DNA of 64,000 bases, taken from assembly GCA_963836075.1 (NCBI GenBank), contig CAWIIB010000009.1, forward strand, positions 3,072,001-3,136,000. The letters run 5' to 3'. The position numbers and the translations under genes were made by a program. Below, in pieces: positions 19,819-29,525 of this stretch (position 1 is the stretch's first letter; each line of letters opens with the position of its first letter). The notes beneath the pieces were generated by a model. It saw nothing but the letters and a program-made list of their open reading frames with translations. It was not told the DNA's origin and ran no database searches. This stretch comes from an uncultured Acidobacteriota bacterium (GTDB lineage Bacteria > Acidobacteriota > JAQAZP01).

Positions 19819-20568
19819 TCAGTTTCGGCTGTCGCTGCGGCGGACGTAGGTCAGGATCATCACCAGGCCCGTGGCCACCACGAACAGCGGCCAGAGCCGG
19901 CCCAGGGTTTCGAAACGGATCAGATTGAAGTTCACCAGCAGAAACGCGAACCCGATGAGGATCAGGCTGATGCCCCAGACCGGCGATTCGACGGCCGGTG
20001 CGGCGCCGGGACCGGCCGCGGGTTCAGCCTGCTGCGGCGGTACTTCGTCACCGGTGGTGCCGGTGAGCATGGGCACCAGGGCCGTGGAGGTTTCGGAGTC
20101 CTGCCAGCCTCGCGCCGTCTTGTACGCATCGTAAATCTGGTAAAAGTAGATGAAGGCCGCGATCACGCCGAACAGCCCCTCCATGGGGTGCGACTTCTGG
20201 GCCAGAATGATGCAGCTGATAAAGAGCAGCAGAAAGGTCAGGGCCTTGGCGAACTGGTTGTTGTAGATCTGGCCGGTGAAGGGGATGAAAATCGAGAGCA
20301 GGGCCGCCGTTGCGGGCCGCTTGCCCTTGCCGGACGATTGGGCAGCGGATTCCGGCTGCGGTGGCCGGTAATACTCGCTCCGGGGCAGCTCGATCTTCGG
20401 GATCGCACCGGCGGCGGTTTTTCCCTCACCCGCACCTTCCTTCTCCTCCAGACAGCTTTCGCAGTAGAAAACCCGGTCCCGTTCCCGGGTGCAGGTCTCG
20501 CACAGCGGGTGGCCGCACATGGCGCACGCGCCGATCGCTTCTTCTTCAGCATGGTAATGGCAACGCAT
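19819..20568 (-). CDS. B-box zinc-finger membrane protein with LiaF/DUF5668-like C-terminal TM segment
   Basis: CHYH...CAMC..PLCETC...YCESC, TM helices, GISLILIG...LWPLFVV..G. Confidence 0.7.
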   Translation of the reverse strand: MRCHYHAEEEAIGACAMCGHPLCETCTRERDRVFYCESCLEEKEGAGEGKTAAGAIPKIELPRSEYYRPPQPESAAQSSGKGKRPATAALLSIFIPFTGQIYNNQFAKALTFLLLFISCIILAQKSHPMEGLFGVIAAFIYFYQIYDAYKTARGWQDSETSTALVPMLTGTTGDEVPPQQAEPAAGPGAAPAVESPVWGISLILIGFAFLLVNFNLIRFETLGRLWPLFVVATGLVMILTYVRRSDSRN

Positions 20569-20599
20569 GTTTCCCTTGCCCCCGGGTGCCCGGGCCTGT

Positions 20600-21196
20600 T
20601 CAGGCTCCGATCAGGCCCAAGGCCCTGATGATTTCGGTGACCAGATAGACGGAGCGATTTCCCTCCGTATCTTCGCTGTCTTTGCCCGTCCGGTCGCCGG
20701 CCTCCCGGACCACGTCGATCCGGGATTCCATCTCCCGTTTCAGATCGTTGAGCTCCTCGCCCCAGTCAGAGGCCAGTTCCAATGCCCTTGCGCTCTGGTG
20801 GCTGATCAGCGTTCGGCAGCCACTGATCGAATCCTGGAAGTCGGGATTGAACCAGGTGAGGTTGGCGGTAATGAACACCGCCAGGATCACGGCTGCCGCC
20901 GCATTGGAGAAGATCCAGTGCCCGCCGGCTCGGTTGCCGGCACCGCTGGCACGTTCCGCGGACCTGGATGCCGACCGCTCACGTTGCGGGATGGCGGCAA
21001 GGCGCATCTGGAGACCGGGCGGCATGGACGGCTGCGGAGCGCTTTCCAGCTGCATCCTGTTCAGCTCCATGATCTCCAGCAGTTCGGCGCAGTCGGGACA
21101 GCGGTCCAGGTGGGCCCGCAACCGCTCCGACCGTTGCGCATCGAGGCTGCCCTCGATCTGATCGCTGAACAATTTTTCTGCGCTCTTGCAGTTCAT
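20600..21196 (-). CDS. Zinc-finger (zf-HC2) anti-sigma factor
   Basis: MNC...HLDRCPDC followed by a single TM helix; downstream of an ECF sigma. Confidence 0.85.
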   Translation of the reverse strand: MNCKSAEKLFSDQIEGSLDAQRSERLRAHLDRCPDCAELLEIMELNRMQLESAPQPSMPPGLQMRLAAIPQRERSASRSAERASGAGNRAGGHWIFSNAAAAVILAVFITANLTWFNPDFQDSISGCRTLISHQSARALELASDWGEELNDLKREMESRIDVVREAGDRTGKDSEDTEGNRSVYLVTEIIRALGLIGA

Positions 21197-21207
21197 GGTC
21201 TCACGTC

Positions 21208-21894
21208 TCAGATACCGTCACCGGCCGGGGCCGCGGCGGTACGTTTGCGGACGGCTTTGCGGAACCAGCCGCCACTGACCGAGGCGACCTTCTCCAGCGA
21301 GCGGTCTTCACCGCGGATGAACCGGGCCAGCTCCAGGCGGCCGCGGTTGAGCCGGGACTTCACCGTTCCCTCGGGAAGGTCCATGGCCTCGGATATCTCC
21401 TGGTAGGTCAATCCCTGCAAGTCACGCAGGATGACCACCGCTTTGAGGTCCGACGGGATCTGTTCCAGTGCGCGGAGCAGGATCGCCCGCCGTTCCCTGT
21501 TGAACGTCTTCTGGTAGGGGTTGGAGCGCGTACAGGCCACGTTGGTTATCTTCTCCCAGTTTCCATGCACCAGCAGCCGTTCCCGGCGGCGCTTGCGGTA
21601 GTGGTCGACGCACATGTTTTTCGAGACCCGAATCAGCCAGGGGAGGAATGCGGCTTCCAGGTCGAAGGTGCCGAGGGAACGGTAGATCTTGAGAAAGATA
21701 TCCTGGGTCAGATCCTCGGCCTCCTCGTGGCGTCCGGTGAACTGGTAGGCCACGTTGTAGACTCGTCTGCTGTATCTGGTTACCAGTTCTTCCCAGGCAG
21801 AGGACTCGCCGTCGAGGCACTTGCTGACCAGCTGGCCGTCACTGTTCTCCGGAGTGGCTCCGGGCTGTTTTTTCGTTTCCGCCGGCTGGGACAT
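21208..21894 (-). CDS. ECF RNA polymerase sigma factor
   Basis: AEDLTQDIF, WLIRVSKN.CVD, YQEISE...GTVKSRLNRGR. Confidence 0.92.
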   Translation of the reverse strand: MSQPAETKKQPGATPENSDGQLVSKCLDGESSAWEELVTRYSRRVYNVAYQFTGRHEEAEDLTQDIFLKIYRSLGTFDLEAAFLPWLIRVSKNMCVDHYRKRRRERLLVHGNWEKITNVACTRSNPYQKTFNRERRAILLRALEQIPSDLKAVVILRDLQGLTYQEISEAMDLPEGTVKSRLNRGRLELARFIRGEDRSLEKVASVSGGWFRKAVRKRTAAAPAGDGI

Positions 21895-22049
21895 CACACC
21901 GCGCTCCTTGTGTGGTTGTGGTTCTCGGCCTGAAATCAATCCGCTCGGGTTTTTCCCGTGCCAGCACGGCCAGCCCGGGCCGGGGAGGCCCTGGCCTCCT
22001 TCTCTCACCTCTGCAATACGGTTGCGGGCCGAAAAAGTTCGGTATTCCC

Positions 22050-22586
22050 TCAGTTCTCGGCAGCCGTTTGCCTCCAGAATTCCCGGACCGAGTCCAGCTT
22101 GTCCGAGAATCGATCCTGGGTCTGGTGGGGGACCAGTACCGCGGCCCGGTTCACCGTGCCCAGCAGGACCGGACTGAGCCGGGACTGGGCCAGCAGCGGG
22201 CTGTTCACCGGCAGGAGAGCGGTGAGCAGGATCAGGACATAAAAAAGAAGGACCACCGCGGCCCCGAAACCCACACCGCCGCCCACGGCCTTGTCCAGCC
22301 ACCTCAGGCCTGTCTTGCGCAGCAGCCGGGAGACGAGGAAGCCCAGCAGCAGGAATACGATCCAGGTGATCAGGAAGACCAGGACAAACCCGATGGAATT
22401 TCTGAGCGACTGCCCGCTGACCAGCCGTTCCAGGAGGCGCGCCGCCGGCTGGTGCAGGCTGGCGGCAAGGATGATCCCGCAGATCAGGCCGAGGGCGGCC
22501 AGCAGAATCCGGGAGATGCCCTTGATCACGCCGAGGGTTGCTCCGGCAAGGGTGACGGCAAGGATCAGCAGGTCGATGACATTCAT
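22050..22586 (-). CDS. cvpA: CvpA family membrane protein
   Basis: MNVIDLLIL...G..KG, WLDKAVGG..G, QSRLSP. Confidence 0.8.
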   Translation of the reverse strand: MNVIDLLILAVTLAGATLGVIKGISRILLAALGLICGIILAASLHQPAARLLERLVSGQSLRNSIGFVLVFLITWIVFLLLGFLVSRLLRKTGLRWLDKAVGGGVGFGAAVVLLFYVLILLTALLPVNSPLLAQSRLSPVLLGTVNRAAVLVPHQTQDRFSDKLDSVREFWRQTAAEN

Positions 22587-22836
22587 CCAGATTTCTCCTC
22601 GAGGGATGAGATACACCTGCAGTGTAATCAACAGGGCCGGCTGCTGTCAAAATCAGTGGAGACCGGCCCCGGGGTGCCCTTGAAGTGTTTTGCCTGTCTT
22701 GACTTGTGCATGAAAACGAGTTTAATATGATTTCAAGCTATCCCGATACTACGTATAGGCGTTATTCTTCTCCTCGCCAATGTGCGGGGAAACGGAGTCT
22801 TGTATAGGGGCATCCAATTCCATGGGAGGATTTGGA

Positions 22837-23358
22837 ATGAGATTGTGGATGACGAAGTGGCGGCGAATCGTATCGATGGTGCTTCTGATGGTGGTGCCGA
22901 CCTGTCTCGGTGTTCCAGGTGCCTGGGCCCAGTCGGCGGATTTGGGAACGCTGCTTGGTGTTATCACAAATGAGGACGGAAGCGTTGTGATATCCAGAGC
23001 GGTGGTCCAGTTGCGCAATACGGTCACCGGCAAGGTCGTCAAAAGCGGATTCTCCGATGATCTGGGTATGTACGTTACTCGTGGAGTCCCCTTCGGCACT
23101 TACGATGTGGCCGTTGAAACCGAGAAGGGTTTCTATCTCACTCCTGACCAACTCGTGATCCATGAAACAGTACCCCAGGTTCTCTCCCTGGCGATCGGAG
23201 AAGATGATGTTGCCGCAGCCGCTTTGAAGTCGGCGGCCTGGTGGAAGACCCCCGTGGGAATCGTCGTTATTTCAGTGGCTGTTGTAGCCACCGGCCTGGT
23301 GGTTGCCAACCAGTTCGACGATGATGAAGCGACGCCGGAGAGTCCGATCAACCCGTAA
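22837..23358 (+). CDS. Carboxypeptidase-regulatory-like (transthyretin fold) protein with C-terminal TM helix
   Basis: Signal peptide, GTLLGVITN..G....A.V.L...SDDLGMY....P.GTYDV, WWKTP followed by a TM segment. Confidence 0.7.
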   Translation: MRLWMTKWRRIVSMVLLMVVPTCLGVPGAWAQSADLGTLLGVITNEDGSVVISRAVVQLRNTVTGKVVKSGFSDDLGMYVTRGVPFGTYDVAVETEKGFYLTPDQLVIHETVPQVLSLAIGEDDVAAAALKSAAWWKTPVGIVVISVAVVATGLVVANQFDDDEATPESPINP

Positions 23359-23405
23359 CAGCACCCGATACCGGTTTCCGTGTTGGAACCAGGCAACCAA
23401 CCCTG

Positions 23406-24807
23406 ATGCTGAACTTGCAGACCGCCAGACCAGGCCCGGAAACCCGGCCGCCTGGTCACGCGGTCGCATCTGTACACCTGAACGGAGGCGTCTTGCCTGT
23501 TCGCAGGTCCGATCTCTTCTTTCGACGTCTCAGAGCGCGAGCCCGGGTTGGTCTGGCCACCGTTGTCCTGTTCCTGCTCCTGCCCCTGATCGTTCCCCAG
23601 CCATTCTGTCTCCTGGCCGAGGAGGATCTCTCTCCCATCGACAAAGCCATTGAAGATTTGGGGAACTGGGGCCCGCTGGTACTGGAAGCCCCGCATCGCT
23701 TTGAGAAATCTGGGGTACGACAACAACCTGTTCCACGAGTCCGAAGAGCCCCAGGGGTCGTTTACCGCCACCCTGAACCCGGGGGTGGACCTCCTGCTTC
23801 CCATCGGCAAGCGGAACCTGCTGCGGTTGATCGAGGATCTCGACCTTGTCTACTATGCGAAGGACCCGCCCGGGTTCTATATGAACAATGATGCTTCCCT
23901 GCTCTACGATCTCTACCTCAACCGGGTGCACCTTGCGCTGGGTGACCAGTACGTCACCCGCTACCAGCGGCAAAACGACGAACTCGACGCCCGGGTCCGG
24001 CGGAACAACAACCTGCTCTTCGGGGATCTGCTGGTGGATGTCTCACCTCGCGTGCAACTGGGTCTGACCCACGAGAGCGACAAGATCGAATACGATGACA
24101 ATTCGATCCAGGATCCGGACATTCCGGACACTCCGGACAGCGTGGCCAATATCCTCGACCGCACCGAACGGGTGAACGGCGTCCTCCTGCGCTATGACGC
24201 TCTGCCCCGGACGGCTTTTTCGCTCAGGGTCAGGCACACCGACTACGATTTCGTGGATCCCGACAGCACCAGACAGTCGTCCGAGATGCGGTATCTAATG
24301 GGGGCCGAGTTCGACCCCAGCGGAATCCTCAACGGGGAACTGGAACTGGGATATTCGAAATTTACCGCCCCCCGGGCAGAGGCGCAGGATTTCGACGGTC
24401 TGGTGGGGAATGTCAATGTTACCTGGAAAACAAAGCCGTGGCTTCATTTCCGGGTCACCGGCGTGCGGGATCGCCTGTTTTCCACCTATGCCTCGAACCT
24501 CTACTTCCTCCGCCGGTCGCTGGAGGGCCGCTTCTCCCTGCGCATCGGGGGGCTGGGATGGCTCGACCTGGGATACGGGTGGGGCAGCAATGAGTACCCG
24601 GTGGAGGATGTGAATATCGGCACCGCCGAGGATTCGGATCTTGTCAGACGCGACGATCAGTTCAGAAACCCCATCGTCGGGTTCAGGTACCACCCTCGAG
24701 AGGGGATGGTGGTGGGCCTGGAGGCCAAATACCGCAGCCGGGATTCGAACTATGCCAGTGAGTATGATCGGCTCTTTGTCGCCGTTTCGGTATCGCTCTC
24801 GCGGTAA
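23406..24807 (+). CDS. Outer-membrane beta-barrel protein associated with polysaccharide export; frameshift near 23678
   Basis: LGYDNN motif, amphipathic strands, terminal beta strand. Upstream of wza/wzc. N-terminus with hydrophobic signal lies in ORF 23406..23891. Confidence 0.65.
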
Positions 24808-24961
24808 CCGGTTCCGCTGGTGAATGCAGCGGGTTGAAATTCACCGTGGAAAGAGTACTATTGTCCGGATATTTTCCTGAACTATTGCCAGTTGAAGCCT
24901 TTGACCGTGGTGGGGCTGATCCACGGGGGATCAATCCCCGCTCGACCGGTCGCGAACGGAT

Positions 24962-26269
24962 ATGGGGATGGAGGCGATTTTGAGAAGACAGAATTATCGA
25001 CTTCTTTCAGTGGCCCTGATCGCATTGTCGCTGGCGCTCTGCTGGCCGGCAGCCGGTGCCGTGCCGGCCGATCTTGATTCGCCTCGGGAAGCAGGCCGGG
25101 TGTCGGCGGGGGAAGGGGAGGTCTACCGCGTACAGGTGGCCGCCTACTTCTCCTCCCGGCGGGCCAGGAAGGCGAAAAAAAGCATCGAGGGCGACGAGCA
25201 GTTCAAGGGCCAGAAGATCGCCATTCAGTTCAGCGCGAAAACCGGCGTCTACCGGGTGGAGGTGGGCGAGTTCAACACCCGGGACGCCGCCGAGGAACTG
25301 AAGAGGCAATTTGTGAAATCAGGGTTTGAGGACGCTGAAGTCATGGTGGACCGCCTCTATCCAGTCTCGTCGAACAGCGCCCCCGACCCGTCGCCCGGAC
25401 CGGCCGCCGTGGCGGTCCCGGAGAAGGCAGCGGCTCCGACGAAATGGAGCGCCGGTGACCTGGACGGAAAATCGGTCATCGGCCATGCGTCCAGCTCCGC
25501 CCAGCGCAGCGACTACATTATCGGCCCCGAGGATCTGCTGGAGATCTCGGTTTTTGAACTGGAAGGTTTGAACAAGACCGTGCGGGTCTCGGAAGAGGGG
25601 ATGATCAACCTGCCGCTGCTCGGCGAGGTCCGGGCCGAGGGGCAGACCCGCCGCGGGCTGGAGGAGGTCGTCCGCAATCTCCTCGAAGTGAAATATATCA
25701 ACAACCCCCAGGTCTCCGTATTCATCAGGGAATTCAGAAGCCGCAGTGTGTCGGTGATCGGCTCGGTGCGCCGGCCGGGAACCTACAAGCTTCTCGGCAC
25801 CAGGACCTTGATCCACATGATCTCCGAGTCGGGCGGCTTGACCGACAACGCCGGTCCGGTGCTCTACGTCATCCGGGTGAGCCCCGAAGGGGAGTCGCAG
25901 CGGATCACGGTGGACCTTGATCAACTGATGGTTCAGGGGCAGCCGGAACTGAATCTGCTGGTGCAGTCGGGTGACGTGATCAACATTCCCGCGGATCCGC
26001 AGATGTCGGTCTATATCTATGGGGCTGTCCGCACGCCGGGGGAGTTGTCCTTCGCCAAATCGGAAGCGATCTCGCTGCTGCAGGCGATCACCAAGGCGGG
26101 CGGGCTCACCGACCGGGCCGCGGCGGACAAGGTCCGCATCAAGCGCGTGAACGATCGCGGTGTCGAGGAGCAGATCGACGTCAACCTCAAAAAGATCCTC
26201 AAGGGCAAGCAGGAAGACTCGCTGCTCCAGGACAAGGACGTTGTGGTGGTGCCGGAGACTATTTTCTAG
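24962..26269 (+). CDS. wza: Polysaccharide export protein (Wza/OPX, Poly_export + SLBB) with N-terminal SPOR domain
   Basis: YRVQVAA...YRVEVGEF..R..AE (SPOR); DYIIGPEDLLEISVF...G.INLPLLG; SLBB repeats. Confidence 0.85.
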   Translation: MGMEAILRRQNYRLLSVALIALSLALCWPAAGAVPADLDSPREAGRVSAGEGEVYRVQVAAYFSSRRARKAKKSIEGDEQFKGQKIAIQFSAKTGVYRVEVGEFNTRDAAEELKRQFVKSGFEDAEVMVDRLYPVSSNSAPDPSPGPAAVAVPEKAAAPTKWSAGDLDGKSVIGHASSSAQRSDYIIGPEDLLEISVFELEGLNKTVRVSEEGMINLPLLGEVRAEGQTRRGLEEVVRNLLEVKYINNPQVSVFIREFRSRSVSVIGSVRRPGTYKLLGTRTLIHMISESGGLTDNAGPVLYVIRVSPEGESQRITVDLDQLMVQGQPELNLLVQSGDVINIPADPQMSVYIYGAVRTPGELSFAKSEAISLLQAITKAGGLTDRAAADKVRIKRVNDRGVEEQIDVNLKKILKGKQEDSLLQDKDVVVVPETIF

Positions 26270-26291
26270 GGCCGCCGCACGGGGGAGAGGA

Positions 26292-28554
26292 ATGACCGAA
26301 GAGGAAAACACCGGACAGGAGTTCAACCTCCGCGACTACTACTATGTCCTGATGAAGCGCAAACGACTGGTCATCCTGCTGACCGTGCTCGGGGTTCTGC
26401 TGACCATCATCCACACCTTTATCCAGACGCCGCAGGTACAAGGCCACCACCTCGGTGCTCATCGAGCGGGAGTCGTCGGTGAGCAACATGGCCATCGGCA
26501 CCGAGGTGTTTTTCCAGCGCTATGACTACTACACTTTCTTCAATACGCAGTACCAGCTGATCACGAGCAAAACCGTGGCCAATCGGGTGGTGGACCTGCT
26601 GGAGCTCACCAACTCCCCGCTGTTCCGCCCCGAGGACGAGGAGGGTGAAGAGCCCCCTGATCCGGAAATCCTGCGTGAGCAGATTGCGGCGAAGCTGATG
26701 AAAATCGTCGAAATCAATCCGGTGAAGGACAGCAACATCGTGGAAGTCTCCATGCTTTCCACCGACCGGGAGATGGCCGCGCGGCTGGCCAATGCCGTGG
26801 CCCAGGCCTACATTTCCTTCAGCCTCGAGGCCCGGTATTCGGCCTCCGAGCAGGCCCGGAATTTTCTCTCCTCCCAGGTGGAGGGCCTGCAGCGTGAACT
26901 GGAGGAGAACCAGAAACAGCTGCAGGAATACGGCAAGGCCACCGACATCATCGGGACGGCGGAAGGGCAGGACATCACCAGCCAGAGGCTGGTGGAGCTG
27001 AACCAGTCGTTCACCCGGGCGCAGACCGACCGCATCCGTCTGCAGACCAAGTACGAAAGGATGAAGGACGCCTCCCCGGAATCGATTCCTGAAGTTCAGA
27101 CCAACCAGCTGGTAACCCAGCTCAAGCGGGAGATGACCGAACTGGAAGGCGAGTACGCCAAGAACTCTAAGAAATACAAGGATGCCATGCCCGAGCAGGT
27201 CCGCCTGCGGTCGGAGATCGAGAAGGCCGGCCAGCGGATAACCACCAAGGCCAACGAGATCTACCGCGAGGCCCTGAGGGCGGCACGGACCGAATACGAA
27301 CGCGCCAGCCAGAACGAGAGATCTCTCAAGGAGATGTTCGAGGACCAGAAGCGGACGGCTCTGGACCGCAATCTCAGCGGCATCCAGTACGATTCCCTGG
27401 CCATGGAAGTCAAGAGCAAGTCCCAGTTGCTGCAGTCGCTGCTCCAGCGTCAGTCCGAAGCCAGCGTGACCGCGCAGCTGCAGGGCATCGGCAGCAGCAA
27501 TATCCGGATCGTCGATCCGGCCGAGGTGCCGAAAATTGTCTTCAAACCGAAGAAGCGGCGCAACCTGGCCCTGGGATTCGTGCTGAGCCTGATGCTCGGA
27601 GTGGGGGTGGCTTTTCTCCTCGAGTTCCTCGACCGGACCATCAAGTCCAGCGAGGAGGTGACCAGGCTGTTCGACCTCCCGACCCTCGGCGCCATCCCCA
27701 CCCTGGCCGCCAGCCTCGAAAAAGAAAACGGGCAGAGGCCGCGCAAAAAGAGCAAGGCCAAGACGCCTTCCATGGCAAAGGACGCGGTGGATCCGATCTA
27801 TTCCATCTGCTACCGGGACAGCAAGTCGCTGGTGGCCGAGGCCTACCGTTCGGTCCGGACATCACTGCTGCTCAGCGGTGCCGGCGAGCCGCCGCGGACG
27901 GTGGTGGTGAGCAGCGCTTCGCCCGGCGAAGGGAAGACGGCCACGTCGGTGAACATCGCCATCACCCTGGCCCAGCTGGGGCGCCGGGTGCTGCTGGTGG
28001 ACACCGATCTGCGCCGCCCGAAAATCCACAAGGTGTTCCTGGCCGAAGGCCAGAAGGGCGGAATGAGCCACTACCTGGCCGGGATCATCAACTTCGAGGA
28101 TCTGCTGGTGCAGCCCCAGGGCAAAGTGCCCGGGCTTTCCTTCATCACCTCAGGTCCGGTGCCGCCCGACCCGAGCGAACTGATCAGTTCGGTCCGCTTC
28201 GACGAGTTCGTGGAGCGGATGTATCGTGAGCACGCGGTGGACCACATCATCTTCGACTCCCCCCCGATCCTCTCGGTGACCGACCCGGTGATTCTCGGGG
28301 TCAAGGCGGACGGCCTGGTGCTGGTGATCCACGGCGGGGTGACCGAACGTGACACCCTGCTGGCGGCCAAGGAACGCCTGGACAGCGCGGGCGTCCGCAT
28401 TCTCGGCGTGGTGACCAACAATCTGGACATGACCCGCCACGGCTACTACTATTACTATCCGTATTACCGCTACCAGGGCCGTTACAAGGAGCGGACAGAA
28501 TTCAAATTCGGTCGAAAGGGCGATCAGGACGGCGACCCCGCTTCCCTGGCCTGA
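26292..28554 (+). CDS. wzc: Polysaccharide co-polymerase / BY tyrosine kinase; frameshift near 26435
   Basis: AEAYRSVRT, PGEGKT, VDTDLRRP, FDSPP, C-terminal Tyr cluster GYYYYYPYYRY. Confidence 0.9.
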
Positions 28555-28640
28555 CCTGCCGCTTGCCGACACCGCTGCGGGACCTGGCCCGGACCCCGGG
28601 AGTGTGCCCGCGGCACAGCGGATAACGAGGTATCACAACC

Positions 28641-29480
28641 GTGTCAAGAAAACGTAAGAAGACCTGGCCGTCGCCCGAGGGCGGCAGTGACCGGCCGCGC
28701 GAGCCACACCACGCGGTAAAGGCCTACGAGAATCTCGACTTCCTCCACAGCCCCGACGGCCGGGTGATCCGGATGATCGCCGAATACCAGGAGCCGTTGC
28801 GGCGCTTCCGCCGCAACCGGATCAAGGACACCATCGTCATCTTCGGATCGGCCCGGGCCAAGCCCGTGGACCAGGAGGAGCGGGACGCCCGGGGCGGGAG
28901 CCGCCAGCTGGACCGCTACTACGAGGATGCCCGCCGGCTGACCTATCTGCTGACCAAGTGGTCCAAGGGCCTGGAAGGCGGATCGCGCCGGTTCACTGTC
29001 TGTTCCGGCGGCGGGCCGGGGATCATGGAGGCCGCCAACCGGGGGGCCAGCGAAGCCAGCGGCGAAACCATCGGCCTGGGCATCAGTATTCCCTTCGAGC
29101 AGTCTTCGAACCCCTACATCTCACATGAACTCAATTTCGAGTTCCACTACTTCTTCATCCGCAAGTTCTGGTTCGTCTACCTGGCCAAGGCCTTCGTGGT
29201 CTTCCCCGGCGGGTTCGGCACCATGGACGAGCTGTTCGAGATCCTGACCCTGGTCCAGACCAGGAAGGTGACCAAGGACCTGCCCATCGTGCTCTATGGC
29301 TCCGAATACTGGAACGAAGTGATCAATATCGACGCCATGGCCCGCTACGGCACCATCAGTCCTGAGGACCGGGACCTGATCACGGTGCTGGACGATCCGC
29401 AGGAAACTTTCGACTTTCTCAGCAAGGAGCTGGATCGGATCTATCTCAAAGGCAAGGGCAAGTCCGGCGGCCACTGGTAG
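28641..29480 (+). CDS. LOG family (TIGR00730-like) nucleotide phosphoribohydrolase
   Basis: IFGSAR, GGGPGIMEAANRGA, FPGGFGTMDELFE. Confidence 0.9.
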   Translation: MSRKRKKTWPSPEGGSDRPREPHHAVKAYENLDFLHSPDGRVIRMIAEYQEPLRRFRRNRIKDTIVIFGSARAKPVDQEERDARGGSRQLDRYYEDARRLTYLLTKWSKGLEGGSRRFTVCSGGGPGIMEAANRGASEASGETIGLGISIPFEQSSNPYISHELNFEFHYFFIRKFWFVYLAKAFVVFPGGFGTMDELFEILTLVQTRKVTKDLPIVLYGSEYWNEVINIDAMARYGTISPEDRDLITVLDDPQETFDFLSKELDRIYLKGKGKSGGHW

Positions 29481-29525
29481 CAGCAGTGGCGGCGAACCGT
29501 CCGCGCTATTTCAAGTGGAGGAGTC

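Noticed and set aside
21208-22650. 480-aa ECF sigma with a long N-terminal extension (likewise 36364..37200 and 10437..12596)
   Set aside because: The extensions overlap neighbouring genes or intergenic DNA and are low-complexity; downstream starts give normal-sized proteins.
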